Assembly: GCA_950097015.1 (NCBI GenBank)
Contig: CATNEN010000001.1
Span: 2,542,001 to 2,606,000 of the forward strand
Direction: 5' to 3'
DNA length: 64,000 bases
Source of the DNA: Macrostomum hystrix
Taxonomy: Eukaryota > Animalia > Platyhelminthes
Positions 53,601 to 64,000 of this stretch are shown one piece after another (position 1 is the stretch's first letter; each line of letters starts with the position of its first letter). Below the pieces are notes generated by a model that was not told the origin of the DNA, did no database searches, and was given only the letters and a program-made list of their open reading frames with translations. Position numbers and translations under genes: made by a program.

Positions 53601-56600
53601 TGCTTCTCATATTCCCATCCTTCTCATATTCTCATCCTTCTCATATTCTCATGCTTCTCATATTCTCATCCTTCTCATATTCTCATCCTTCTCATATTCT
53701 CATCCTTATCATATTCTCATCCTTCTCATATTCTCATCCTTATCATATTCTCATCCTTCTCATATTCTCATCCTTATCATATTCTCATTCTTCTTATATT
53801 TCCATCCTTCTTCTATTCTCATGCTTCTCATATTCTCATCCTTCTCATATTCTCATTCTTCTCATATTCTCATCCTTCTCATATTCTCATCCTTATCATA
53901 TTCTCATTCTTCTTATCTTTCCATCCTTCTTCTATTCTCATGCTTCTCATATTCCCATCCTTCTTATATTCTCATGCTTCTCATATTCCCATCCTTCTCA
54001 TATTCTCATTCTTCTTATATTCTCACCCTTCTCATATTCTCATCCTTCTCATATTCTCATCCTTCTCATATTCTCATCCTTATCATATTCTCATTCTTCT
54101 TATATTTCCATCCTTCTTCTATTCTCATGCTTCTCATATTCCCATCCTTCTTATATTCTCATGCTTCTCATATTCCCATCCTTCTCATATTCTCATCCTT
54201 CTTATATTCTCATGCTTCTCATATTCCCATCCTTCTCATATTCTCATCCTTCTCATATTCTCATGCTTCTCATATTCTCATCCTTCTCAAAATCTCATCC
54301 TTCTCATATTCCCATCCTTCTTATTATCTCATGCTTTCATATTATAGCATCTTATTGTGATGTATTATTTTACGCACCTGAACAAAATAATGTAAAACTG
54401 TTCCTTTCCGAACCAATGGCTCAGGTCGAAATCCTTCTCAGGAGAACTCATTCAAATTTCTCCGTCACGAGGTGCCAGTCCGTCTAGCGAACATCATGCA
54501 GGAGATTCACCTGCTGCCGGAGAGTCTAGTTAGCATGCCTTCTACTAAAACTGTCATTGGACTGTACAAGCAAAGCTTCCTGGACATGCTGGCCTTCAAG
54601 GATGAGCCGTCGCTGCCTTCGGATGGCCGCCTGACCGACTTCACCGAGACTCTGGCACAGATTCTTGAAAGGCACCGTGAAGTGGTTGAGACTATGGCGC
54701 AGGGTGTGCTAGAATTGAAAGAACGCGAAGGCAGCTTGGACAACCAGGCTGAAGCTCAGGTGCAGTACTTTCTCGATAGATTCTACATGAGCCGCATCAG
54801 TATTCGGATGCTGATTAGTCAGCACGGTAAGTCGCAACTGGCTATAGTACTGGCTTCTATTGCTACCCGTCTCCCCCCACTCCACTCTTTCCCATATCCC
54901 CTATTCTCATTCTCCCCCTTTCGATTCTTCTCTCTTCTCCTTCTTAACTTATCCCCCTCTCCATTCTCCACTCTTTCCATTCTCCCCTCTTCCCCTTTTC
55001 CCCAGTTCCCCTTTTCCCCAGTTCCCCTTCTCCCCAATTGCCCTTTTCCCCAGTTCCCCTTCTCCCCAATTGCCCTTTCCCCAGTTCCCCTTCTCCCCAA
55101 TTGCCCTTTTCCCCAGTTCCCCTTCTCCCCAATTGCCCTTTTTCCCAGTTCCCCTTCTCCCCAATTGCCCTTTTCCCCAGTTCCCCTTCTCCCCAATTGC
55201 CCTTTTCCCCAGTTCAGTTCCCCTTCTCCCCAGTTCCCCTTCTCCCCAGTTCCCTTACTCCCCAGTTCCCCTTCACCCCTCTTCCCCTTTTCCCCACTTC
55301 CCCTTCTCCATTCTTCCCCGTCTCCACTCTTCCCATTCTCCTCTCCTCCCCACTCCCCTGTTTCCATTCTCTATGTCCAATCCGCATGTTCTCTCCATTT
55401 CCTCTTTGTAAAAAGTTGGCCCTAAAACCACCAGCTAGATGAGGCTTGCTTTTAATTTCCTCAGTTATCCTCTTCGGTCCGAACCTGCGCAACAACAACA
55501 GACAGATTGGCAGCATTGACCCAAACTGCGACATCATGAGCGTAATCGAACACGCTTATAGCAGTGCGAGATTCCTCTGCGAGCAATTCTACCTCACCGC
55601 GCCCACCATGACTACCCAGGTGATTGGTCTGGAGAAAATCACAGACTTCGCCTACGTGCCATCGCATCTCTATCATATGGTGTTTGAGATAATCAAAAAT
55701 TCCATGCGAGCGCTAGTTGAAAGGAATGAAGAAAACATGCCGCCTATTCACGTCATGGTGTCAGTTGGCAAGGAAGATCTAACCATTAGGGTGAGAAATA
55801 TTCGTCTATTTTTACTGCTAGTAGGCTAGTTTGTATATTTTTGCGCATTTTAATATAGTAATATTTCGCTGACTCCTGAGCACACACTCACACAGGTGTG
55901 TACATATGCCCTGGCTTTCTCATCGTCAGGCAGTGTAGACTTCACTGTGCCCTCAAGGTTGGCCCACATGGGCGTAAATTGCACAATAAGCTATCCAAGC
56001 CTTCTCTCCTCTGAGTGCGCCCCAAATGAATGTGGCCTCGCCGCGGAGCGAGAGGCAAACGCGTTAACCGCTTTGCCGCACCCCCTGGCAATCCTACTAG
56101 TAGGCCACCAAGTGGCTCCCTAAAATTCTGATAGCTGTTCAATTTCGGTGCCATTTTCGCGCTACTAATAAAACAATAGAACACATCAAACTCAATAGCC
56201 GCAAAAAGTTAATTTTTATATAAAACGGCCCTTTTTAGGACAAAGGTAGAAAAAAGCTTGATTAACATTTTTCACAGGTGTCGGATCAAGGCGGCGGTAT
56301 TGCTCGCTCGGAGCTGCCCTTGGTGTTCAAGTACACCTATACAACCGCTGCGCCTGTTAGTCCGTCTTCCTCAACTGGTCCACCTCTAGCTGGTTACGGC
56401 TACGGCCTGCCATTGTCCAGAATCTACGCTCGCTACCTGCACGGCGACCTAGCTCTAGCTAGCGTTGAAGGCTACGGTACAGACGCCTACATCTATTTAA
56501 AAAAGTCTAGCGACGAAGCGAACGAATTATTGCCCGTGTTTAACATCACCTCGGCTAAACGGTATACTGCCAACCTACCAGTGCCCGACTGGAGCAATCC

Positions 56601-56628
56601 TTCTTTGAGCGGCCAGTTTCGCATGTAG
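44640..56628 (+). CDS. PDK: Pyruvate dehydrogenase kinase, mitochondrial (397 aa)
   Basis: Exons 44640-44754 (YSPTPMSISKLLQFG), 54425-54826 (FLRHEVPVRLAN...YFLDRFYMSRISIRMLISQH), 55465-55790 (IGSIDPNC...YVPSHLYHMVFEIIKNSMRA) and 56278-56628 (VSDQGGGI...PLAGYGYGLPLSRIYARY...EGYGTDA). Intron phases 1, 1 and 0 are consistent. Confidence 0.96.
44790..54340. repeat. 9.5-kb 17-bp satellite (TTCTCATATTCTCATCC)n filling PDK intron 1
   Basis: Direct tandem copies with higher-order duplications. Confidence 0.97.
55000..55270. repeat. Pyrimidine-rich ~32-bp repeat in PDK intron 2
   Basis: TTCCCCTTCTCCCCAATTGCCCTTTTCCCCAG units. Confidence 0.85.
55865..56085 (-). mobile_element. SINE family A in PDK intron 3
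   Basis: Shares the family A core, with internal deletions. Confidence 0.8.
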
Positions 56629-57329
56629 GAACACTGAGGCAGACACACAGGCACTGTTTTCATGAATTTCTTGTCGCTTATATTTAATCAGTAATGATAA
56701 GTTTAAATCGTTTACATTTTTTCGTATTTTTTGGCGTCCTTAGTAACACGATGTCTATGGTCTAAACTTTATGCTCGTAGTATTTGTAGTCCGGGTTTTT
56801 TGTAGTTAATAGTGTACATTGCTACACTGGTATATCCCCACTAATAAGGCACTATTTCTTGATTGGGATAAAAATACAGTAAAACTATATATTTTCTGTA
56901 GGCCACAACATCCTTTTCAAATAGTTTTAATGTAACTTCCAAGGAAATGTATTTTGGAATTAGAAATATCATTACTTATTGCGCACATGTATTTGTTGGA
57001 CTTTATAAGAAATAGATCGTTATATTTGTGCCAAGAAGCACATGTCGTATTTTATCTACTAATTAGTGTCAACTATTATTTAATGAATTGAAATATATCA
57101 CTTTTCCATTCTTCTGATGTTATTATTAGTTTTCTGTTCAAATGACTCTGTATGTTTTGTTTTTTATCAAAATCACGATTTGTTTTTCTTTGCTTCAAAT
57201 AAAAAGTAGTATGAATCGGTTTTTTAACTGTATTAGTTATTTAAATTCACTGCGTTACTTATAATTAAAATGGTTGTTTCAGGTACATCTACAGCGACGC
57301 ACAATCGCTAACTGCAAGCCCTAGCCCCT

Positions 57330-57900
57330 TAATGTACACTCATTCCCAAGCGACACCCCAAAGCCTAACCATAATGTACACTCATTCCCAAGCGACACCC
57401 CAAAGCCTAACCATAATGTACACTCATTCCCAAGCGACACCCAAAGCCTAACCATAATGTACACTCACTGCCAAGCGACACCCCAAAGCCTAACCATAAT
57501 GTACACTCATTCCCAAGCGACACCCCAAAGCCTAACCATAATGTACACTCATTCCCAAGCGACACCCCAAAGCCTAACCATAATGTACACTCACTGCCAA
57601 GCGACACCCCAAAGACTAACCATAATGTACACTCACTGCCAAGCGACACCCCAAAGCCTAACCATAATGTACACCCACTCTCAAGCGACACCCCAAAGAC
57701 TAACCATAATGTACACTCACTGCCAAGCGACACCCCAAAGCTTAACCATAATGTACACCCACTCCCAAGCGACACCCCAAAGCTTAACCATAATGTACAC
57801 TCACTCCCAAGCGACACCCCAAAGACTAACCATAATGTACACTCACTGCCAAGCGACACCCCAAAGCTTAACCATAATGTACACTCACTCCCAAGCGACT
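57330..57900. repeat. 42-bp minisatellite (AATGTACACTCAYTSCCAAGCGACACCCCAAAGCCTAACCAT)n
   Basis: Direct tandem copies; related to 61110-62150. Confidence 0.93.
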
Positions 57901-58879
57901 CTAGACCAATAGAATCACATCCGGTTAATTTCGTTAATCTTTCGTCAAGAATGCACTAGATAGTAGAAATCAAAATTTGGTTGCATCTACAAACTATAAT
58001 GAAAGCTACTGTGTCATTAATACTAGCTGTGAAGTTCAGTATATGGAATTGGTCAACAAGAACAGTTATGAATTTTGCCATTTTGTCGTCGCTAACAGAC
58101 TACAGTTCTCTTCCATATTCAACGCTCATATGATTGTCATACTGTGCGCATTTCAGTTGAAAATTTGATCGATTGAAACGTTTTCTGTCTTTGATTGAGC
58201 GGCTTCTTGTAGAGTTTTAGTTTAAAACTTGTGTTTATAATTAAACAATAGAAATGCAACACCAACACTAATGTATAAATTGTAGGCGTAAATTATAGTG
58301 CTGGCTCTATATTTAGATTGTTTATTAAATCCATTCATTCGTATTGTATTAAGAAAATAAAATAATATTTATTATAAGCTTTTGTAAACCTAATCCGGGA
58401 ACCTATAGTTTCGTATTATTTGCCTATAATTTTTCGATGGTTTTCGATAATATTTTTGTGTAATCTTTTTATAGCCCATTTTGCTCTGCAGCGCTATCTT
58501 GATTAAATATATGACTAACGAAACACCATTATTTTGTCCGTTTTTGTTTTTGAAATGAAAATAGAAAATTATCCTCTTCGCAATCACAAAGCTGCATGTG
58601 GGGTGGGTAATTGTTGTGAAAAGTCTTCTTTTATAAGTAAGGGGATGATGCTGTGTTTGCTTAGGTTTGCTTTTGTTTAGTTTGACATTGTGCTATATTT
58701 TTGTCTTAATTTATTTGTTGCTTGAAAATGTCCTGCTCTTAGAAATTTGTTTCGATTTAGATAACGAATATATTTTGAATAAAGTCAAATAATTGGATAA
58801 GAGAGGACACTTGTATATGTTTGTCTCTCATTTGCCCATTTTCTCAATTATGTACTCATTTGATAGCTCGTAATCACAA

Positions 58880-59270
58880 AGAATTCTTACATGTTCGTCC
58901 CTGATTGGCTAGCTCTCGCAATTCTGGAGAATTCTTATGTGTTCGTCCCTGATTGGCTAGCTTTCGCAGTTATGGAGAGTTCTTATCTGTTTGTCCCTGA
59001 TTGGCTAGCTTTCGCAGTTATGGAGAGTTCTTATCTGTTCGTCCCTGATTGGCTAGCTTTCGCAGTTATGGAGAGTTCTTATCTGTTCGTCCCTGATTGG
59101 CTAGCTTCCACAATTATAGAGAGTTCTTTTCTGTTCGTCCCTGATTGGCTAGCTTTCGCAGTTATGGAGAGTTCTTATCTGTTCGTCCCTGATTGGCTAG
59201 CTTTCGCAGTTATGGAGAGTTCTTATCTGTTCGTCCCTGATTGGCTAGCTTCCACAATTGTAGACAATTA
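58880..59270. repeat. 48-bp minisatellite
   Basis: About 8 copies of GTTCGTCCCTGATTGGCTAGCTTTCGCAGTTATGGAGAGTTCTTATCT. Confidence 0.9.
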
Positions 59271-59530
59271 TAATCTGTTCGAGAGTTGACTGAGATTCTG
59301 AGATTTGCTGTTTTAATGGATTAATTTTTTTGTTCGCCTAGAATTGCCTAAGGCTCTTGGCCAATTACATTCGTCGCCAATCCTACTAAAATCATTTTAT
59401 ATACAATTTTTTTCCTTTCAGCTTAGCCAACAACAGCTGAGCAAGTTCCATATTGATGACTCACGACTGGCAGCAGTCAAGGTCTAATAAAAGTAGGCAA
59501 CTTTGGCAGGAGTAAATTGTTGAAGAAAGA

Positions 59531-62500
59531 ATGGCAGACCAAAACATCCTGCTGGCCTTCGATCCACTCTATTGCGGCCCCGGTAGCAGAGACCCTGACC
59601 AGGCTGTTGCCACTGGGGAGGATATTTTCGACCTGAAATTCTTAGAAAGCGCCGCGTCCGCTTCCGCCGTGTCGCCCGCATCATCGGCATCTTTGTCTTC
59701 GACAAAGAATGTGACGCAGGTTAGTTAATTAGTGTCTATTAAGTCACAAATGAAGTCTCACCTAATCGATAATTAGTGTCTATTAAGTCACAAATGAAGT
59801 CTCACCTAATCGATAATTAGTGTCTATTAAGTCACAAATGAAGTCTCACCTAATCGATAATTAGTGTCTATTAAGTCACAAATGAAGTCTCACCTAATCG
59901 ATAATTAGTGTCTATTAAGTCACAAATGAAGTCTCACCTAAGCGATAATCTCTTCCGGGCGTCGGTGGCAGAGCAGTTAACGCGTTTGCCTCTCGCACCA
60001 CGGTCCCTAAGTTCGATTACGCGGCGAGGCCACATTCATTTGTGGCGCGGAGAGAAGGCTTGGGGGCTTGTCGGGCAATTTACGCCCTTGTGGGCCAACC
60101 TCCAAGGCACAGTGAAGTGTACACTGCCTGACGATGAGAAAGTCAGACCAGTTGTACACACCTGTGTGAGCGTGCCTGCGTACAGTATCTGTGTGCGTGT
60201 GTGCTCAGGAGTCAGCGAAATGGGCAGAATTGCCTCCTCGATGGCTGCGGGTCTAGTGTCACCAAATGATGTGCCATTGCCCGCAACCCTCCTGCAATTA
60301 CTATTATTATCACTATGAAGTCTCGCCTATAGATAATTAGTGTATTAAGTCTCACCTGTCGATTATTAGGTGATGCATATAATTGGCACCGCCTTACCTT
60401 TGTATTTTCAGCGCCAGTCAGTTTCAACTCTACCTCTGCAACAGCAGCAGCAAATGACCCTGCCACCTCCTCCGCCGTCTCCCTCATCGAGTACGCAGCC
60501 GCTGCCTCCGCCCTCTGTGTCGTCTCGTCGTGCGTCAACGCCCGTGCTGGCGTCAGGGCGGTCAGTTTCGCCTCGAGTAGCAGCCACCGTAGCCAATGCC
60601 GATGCAATTGACTCCACAGCGGCTGCCTCAGCTCTTAGGCCCTGTGACGCCTATTCTCCCCTGATTCAGCAGCAGCCAGAGCAGCAGCAGCAGCAGCAGT
60701 ATCGGTCGTCTAGATTGTCAAAAAATCATCTGAACATTGTAATTAACGAGAATGAAAGCAGCGAAACAGTCGACGAACCAGTGGTGAGTAAAGACAACTG
60801 ATATACCTGTCTGTTAATCAAAAGTATTTTAAAGCATGCTTTTTAATGAAAACTGCAAATGTAAGTGAAAATAACTTTGTCTTCTGCATCCTATTTCTTC
60901 CTAGCGAGGTCATCCAATACTTTACGATTCCGATGCTGAAAGGGTAAAATTATCGAGTTTATTTATTTTTTTATTTTCTATGTTGTGCTACATAAAAACA
61001 TGTGCTCAAAGTAGCAATCGATTTTATCAATTATAAATATTTCTTTATTCGTTGTTAATTATATTTCATTTTACCCCCCTTTTTATAAACAAATTTTTTA
61101 TCCTGACCCCTAATGTACACTGACTGCCAAGCGACAGCCGAACCCTCACCCCTAATGTACACTCACTACCAAGCGACAGCCGAACCCTCACCCCTAATGT
61201 ACACTCACTACCAAGCGACACCCAAACCCTCACCCCTAATGTACACTCACTGCCTGCCAAGCGACAGCCGAACCCTCACCCCTAATGTACACTCACTACC
61301 AAGTGACAGCCAAACCCTCACCCATAGTTTACACTCACTGCCAAGCGACAGCCAAACCCTCACCCCTAATGTACACTCACTACCAAGCGACAGCCGAACC
61401 CTCACCCCTAATGTACACTCACTGCCAAGCGACAGCCGAACCCTCACCCCTAATGTACACTCACTGCCTGCCAAGCGACGGCCGAACCCTCACCCCTAAT
61501 GTACACTCACTACCAAGCGACACCCAAACCCTCACCCCTAATGTACACTCACTGCCTGCCAAGCGACAGCCGAACCCTCACCCCTAATGTACACTCACTA
61601 CCAAGCGACAGCCGAACCCTCACCCCTAATGTACACTCACTAGCAAGCGACAGCCGAACCCTCACCCCTAATGTACACTCACTGCCTGCCAAGCGACAGC
61701 CGAACCCTCACCCCTAATGTACACTCACTACCAAGTGACAGCCAAACCCTCACCCATAGTTTACACTCACTGCCAAGCGACAGCCAAACCCTCACCCCTA
61801 ATGTACACTCACTACCAAGCGACAGCCGAACCCTCACCCCTAATGTACACTCACTGCCAAGCGACAGCCGAACCCTCACCCCTAATGTACACTCACTGCC
61901 AAGCGACAGCCGAACCCTCACCCCTAATGTACACTCACTACCAAGCGACACCCAAACCCTCACCCCTAATGTACACTCACTGCCTGCCAAGCGACAGCCG
62001 AACCCTCACCCCTAATGTACACTCACTACCAAGCGACAGCCGAACCCTCACCCCTAATGTACACTCACTACCAAGCGACAGCCGAACCCTCACCCCTAAT
62101 GTACACTCACTACCAAGCGACAGCCGAACCCTCACCCCTAATGTACACTCACGCCGTCCTCTTTAAGTGTTTTACAATGCTGATTTATCCCCTTTTCATG
62201 AGATTTTGTATTTGCGATTGCGAAAGCTTGTTGGTTTTGTCTTAGCATTAGTTAACAAATTATTTTTTCCTAGAAACATTTGTGGCTAAGATTTTGCTAA
62301 AAATTGCTTCTCAATATGAAAATCTCAGTGAGCTTTTCATTCACCTTAAATCAGTTCGGAAGATATGCACACACTTCCAGATTTATAAGAAAAGTCAAAA
62401 CATCATGTCGTTCTATTAAATTGTCATTTTTTGTCACTCTCCCACAAATCTTTCTTGTCACTCTACCACGGACTTTTCTTGTCACTCTACCACAGACTAT

Positions 62501-63158
62501 TTATGTCACTCTACCACAGACTACTCTTGTCACTCTACCACAGACTATTCATGTCACTCTACCACAGACTAATTCATTTCACTCTACCAGAGACTATTCA
62601 TGTCACTCTACCAATCCAGCCCGCACTCTATTGATAGATTGTCAATCAGCGTATCTGGTAGTGCACATAAAATTTCCTAATTGACTATCATTATGCATAC
62701 TAGTTGGCTTAAATTACCCTAAAAGCTGCAAATTCATACCTAAGATTATTTATTTTTTTGCTGAAGAATTAATTGCTCAGCCTAAAAAACTCACCCACTG
62801 AAGGTATTGCGGAGTCCACGCCTTGGCGCAGCGAATGGTACACAGATTCGCACTGCTGTGATGCTCAGTGGTGCCAAAATCAAGTTGGTACCCTGCACAC
62901 CAGACCCGGAACTCTACCTATTCTCAGAGGAGATTCAACGCATTCAAAGAAACGAATGCAGGCCAAAGTCAACGGATTCCATCTGCGGCTCGGCTTTAGC
63001 CAGAGGAAAATCTAGCAGTGGCGGCGGTCATTTTGTTAATTCGTGCGACAATTTGGGCTGCATATTTAATCACGTCAATCCGGGCGGTGTGGTGTTCGAT
63101 ACCGAGGTGTCCGTAACTCTGCACTTTGCCGGAATCAGCATGGACACCACCTGGAGCT
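59531..63158 (+). CDS. 5' portion of a probable class II phosphoinositide 3-kinase (continues beyond the window)
   Basis: Exons 59531-59719, 60412-60783 and 62804-63158 join in phase 0/0 and end at donor GTGAGT. Low-complexity N-terminus with FDPL; PDPELYLFSEEIQRIQR...NLGCIF...TEVSVTLHFAGISMDTTWSC resembles the region entering the PI3K-C2 Ras-binding domain (similarity from recall only). Confidence 0.5.
59729..59950. repeat. 44-bp tandem repeat x5
   Basis: TTAGTGTCTATTAAGTCACAAATGAAGTCTCACCTAATCGATAA. Confidence 0.92.
59957..60310 (+). mobile_element. SINE family A, full length
   Basis: Colinear with 16786-17118, with A/B boxes and a TTA tail. Confidence 0.9.
61110..62150. repeat. 42/46-bp minisatellite (AATGTACACTCACTACCAAGCGACAGCCGAACCCTCACCCCT)n
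   Basis: Direct tandem copies. Confidence 0.93.
62455..62612. repeat. 24-bp tandem repeat (TGTCACTCTACCACAGACTA...)
   Basis: About 6 copies. Confidence 0.8.
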
Positions 63159-63207
63159 GTGAGTTCTGGAACTGCTTTAAATTCTTTTTTCATATTGCCT
63201 AAACACT

Positions 63208-63420
63208 TGGGGGTCGTAGCCTAGTGGTTAGAGTGTCGGACCTACGAATGGAAGGTCAGGGGTTCGATTCCCGATTCCACTGCAGAACCAATTTTTGCTC
63301 TCTAGCGAGACATTTAACTCTGCATTGCTTAGCTGGGGTAATTGAAGGTGGGTGTGGCGTCCCTTCAGTCCATGGACTGAAAGCCGTACGCAGCGGCTGC
63401 ACATCTGACCAAATCTAAAT
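63208..63420 (+). mobile_element. tRNA-derived SINE family C
   Basis: GTAGCCTAGTGGTTAGAG A box and GGTTCGATTCCC B box; body matches the split copy at 16690-17258. Confidence 0.78.
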
Positions 63421-63608
63421 TAGATTCACTGATAAGTATATTGGTTGATAGATTGATATGGCCAGTAGATTGATTAATAAATATGGTCAGTAGATTAATT
63501 GATTGATATGGCCAGAAGGTTGATTGACATGATCGGTTGATATTTTTATTAATGTGATCGCTAGATTGATTGATTCATTGATTGATTGATATGGTAAGTA
63601 AATTGATT

Positions 63609-64000
63609 GGGGGCGAGTGGGTCAGCGGCTAGTGTCGCTGCCTCGCACTCCAATGGACGCTAGTTCGATTCTCCCTTCAAGTCACGATTCATTTCGGGAC
63701 TTGTTGGAGGGTTTGGACAGTAGCGACCGGCGGAGGTGCACCATATTTCGTGCAATCAAAGCTTGAAATAATAGCTTCGCTCCTACCTTCTGTGTGCCTG
63801 TTCTGCGTTGTGTGAGTTGTGTGCGTTGGCGCTGGGGCGTGAGGCCTTGGGGGGGTGGCTGGGGGCGGGTGTACACCGCCACGCGCTTTCTGGATTTCCG
63901 TCGGCGCGATTGGATAAGTGTACACTCATCACCCGGCCCCCCCCTGAGCACTGATTTCTTATCAGCCTTTCATATCAGGCTTGGTCTGCTCTGTGCGTGT
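63609..64000 (+). mobile_element. SINE family B (truncated by the window end)
   Basis: Reverse complement of ~17920-18357. Confidence 0.85.

Noticed and set aside
44768-54487. Three >3000-aa ORFs (LLIFSSFSYSHPSHILI repeats)
   Set aside because: Artefacts of a stop-free 17-bp satellite lying between PDK exons 1 and 2, which join in frame.
58891-59289. 132-aa ATG-initiated ORF with FVPDWLAFAVMESSYL repeats
   Set aside because: Coincides exactly with a 48-bp tandem array; no independent coding evidence.
63208-63282. Possible tRNA gene
   Set aside because: A and B boxes are present but the acceptor stem is imperfect and the sequence continues into a body shared with another dispersed copy, so it is a SINE head.

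Overview
Eukaryotic, intron-containing, repeat-rich animal DNA. The abundant minisatellites, poly-Q/poly-S proteins and tRNA-derived SINEs suggest a free-living flatworm such as Macrostomum; this is an inference, not provable from the window. Most long ORFs in the track are minisatellite artefacts, and the real genes had to be spliced by hand. The main observation is a cluster of three paralogous, three-exon secreted proteins (815-2169 +, 2913-5271 -, 7934-10126 -). They share a small Cys-containing domain with LAS/Hedgehog-DD-peptidase-type Zn motifs (SH-x6-D...E-x-x-H) and a shared phase-0 intron after GGTEx; the domain resembles a bacterial/fungal secreted-protein type. One copy is canonical, one has lost most catalytic residues, and one is fused behind an acidic propeptide and about 12 copies of a cationic Arg/Trp 14-mer. 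Together they look like a candidate horizontally acquired antibacterial effector module. The window also contains a GnRH/AKH-like neuropeptide precursor, an atypical peptide GPCR, TAF9, a 4.6-kb orphan terminal exon (WD40-like), pyruvate dehydrogenase kinase with a 9.7-kb satellite intron, and the probable 5' part of a class II PI3K. Mobile and repetitive DNA includes three tRNA-SINE families (one nested with a 15-bp TSD), a hAT-type MITE, a LINE 3' fragment and about 20 tandem arrays.
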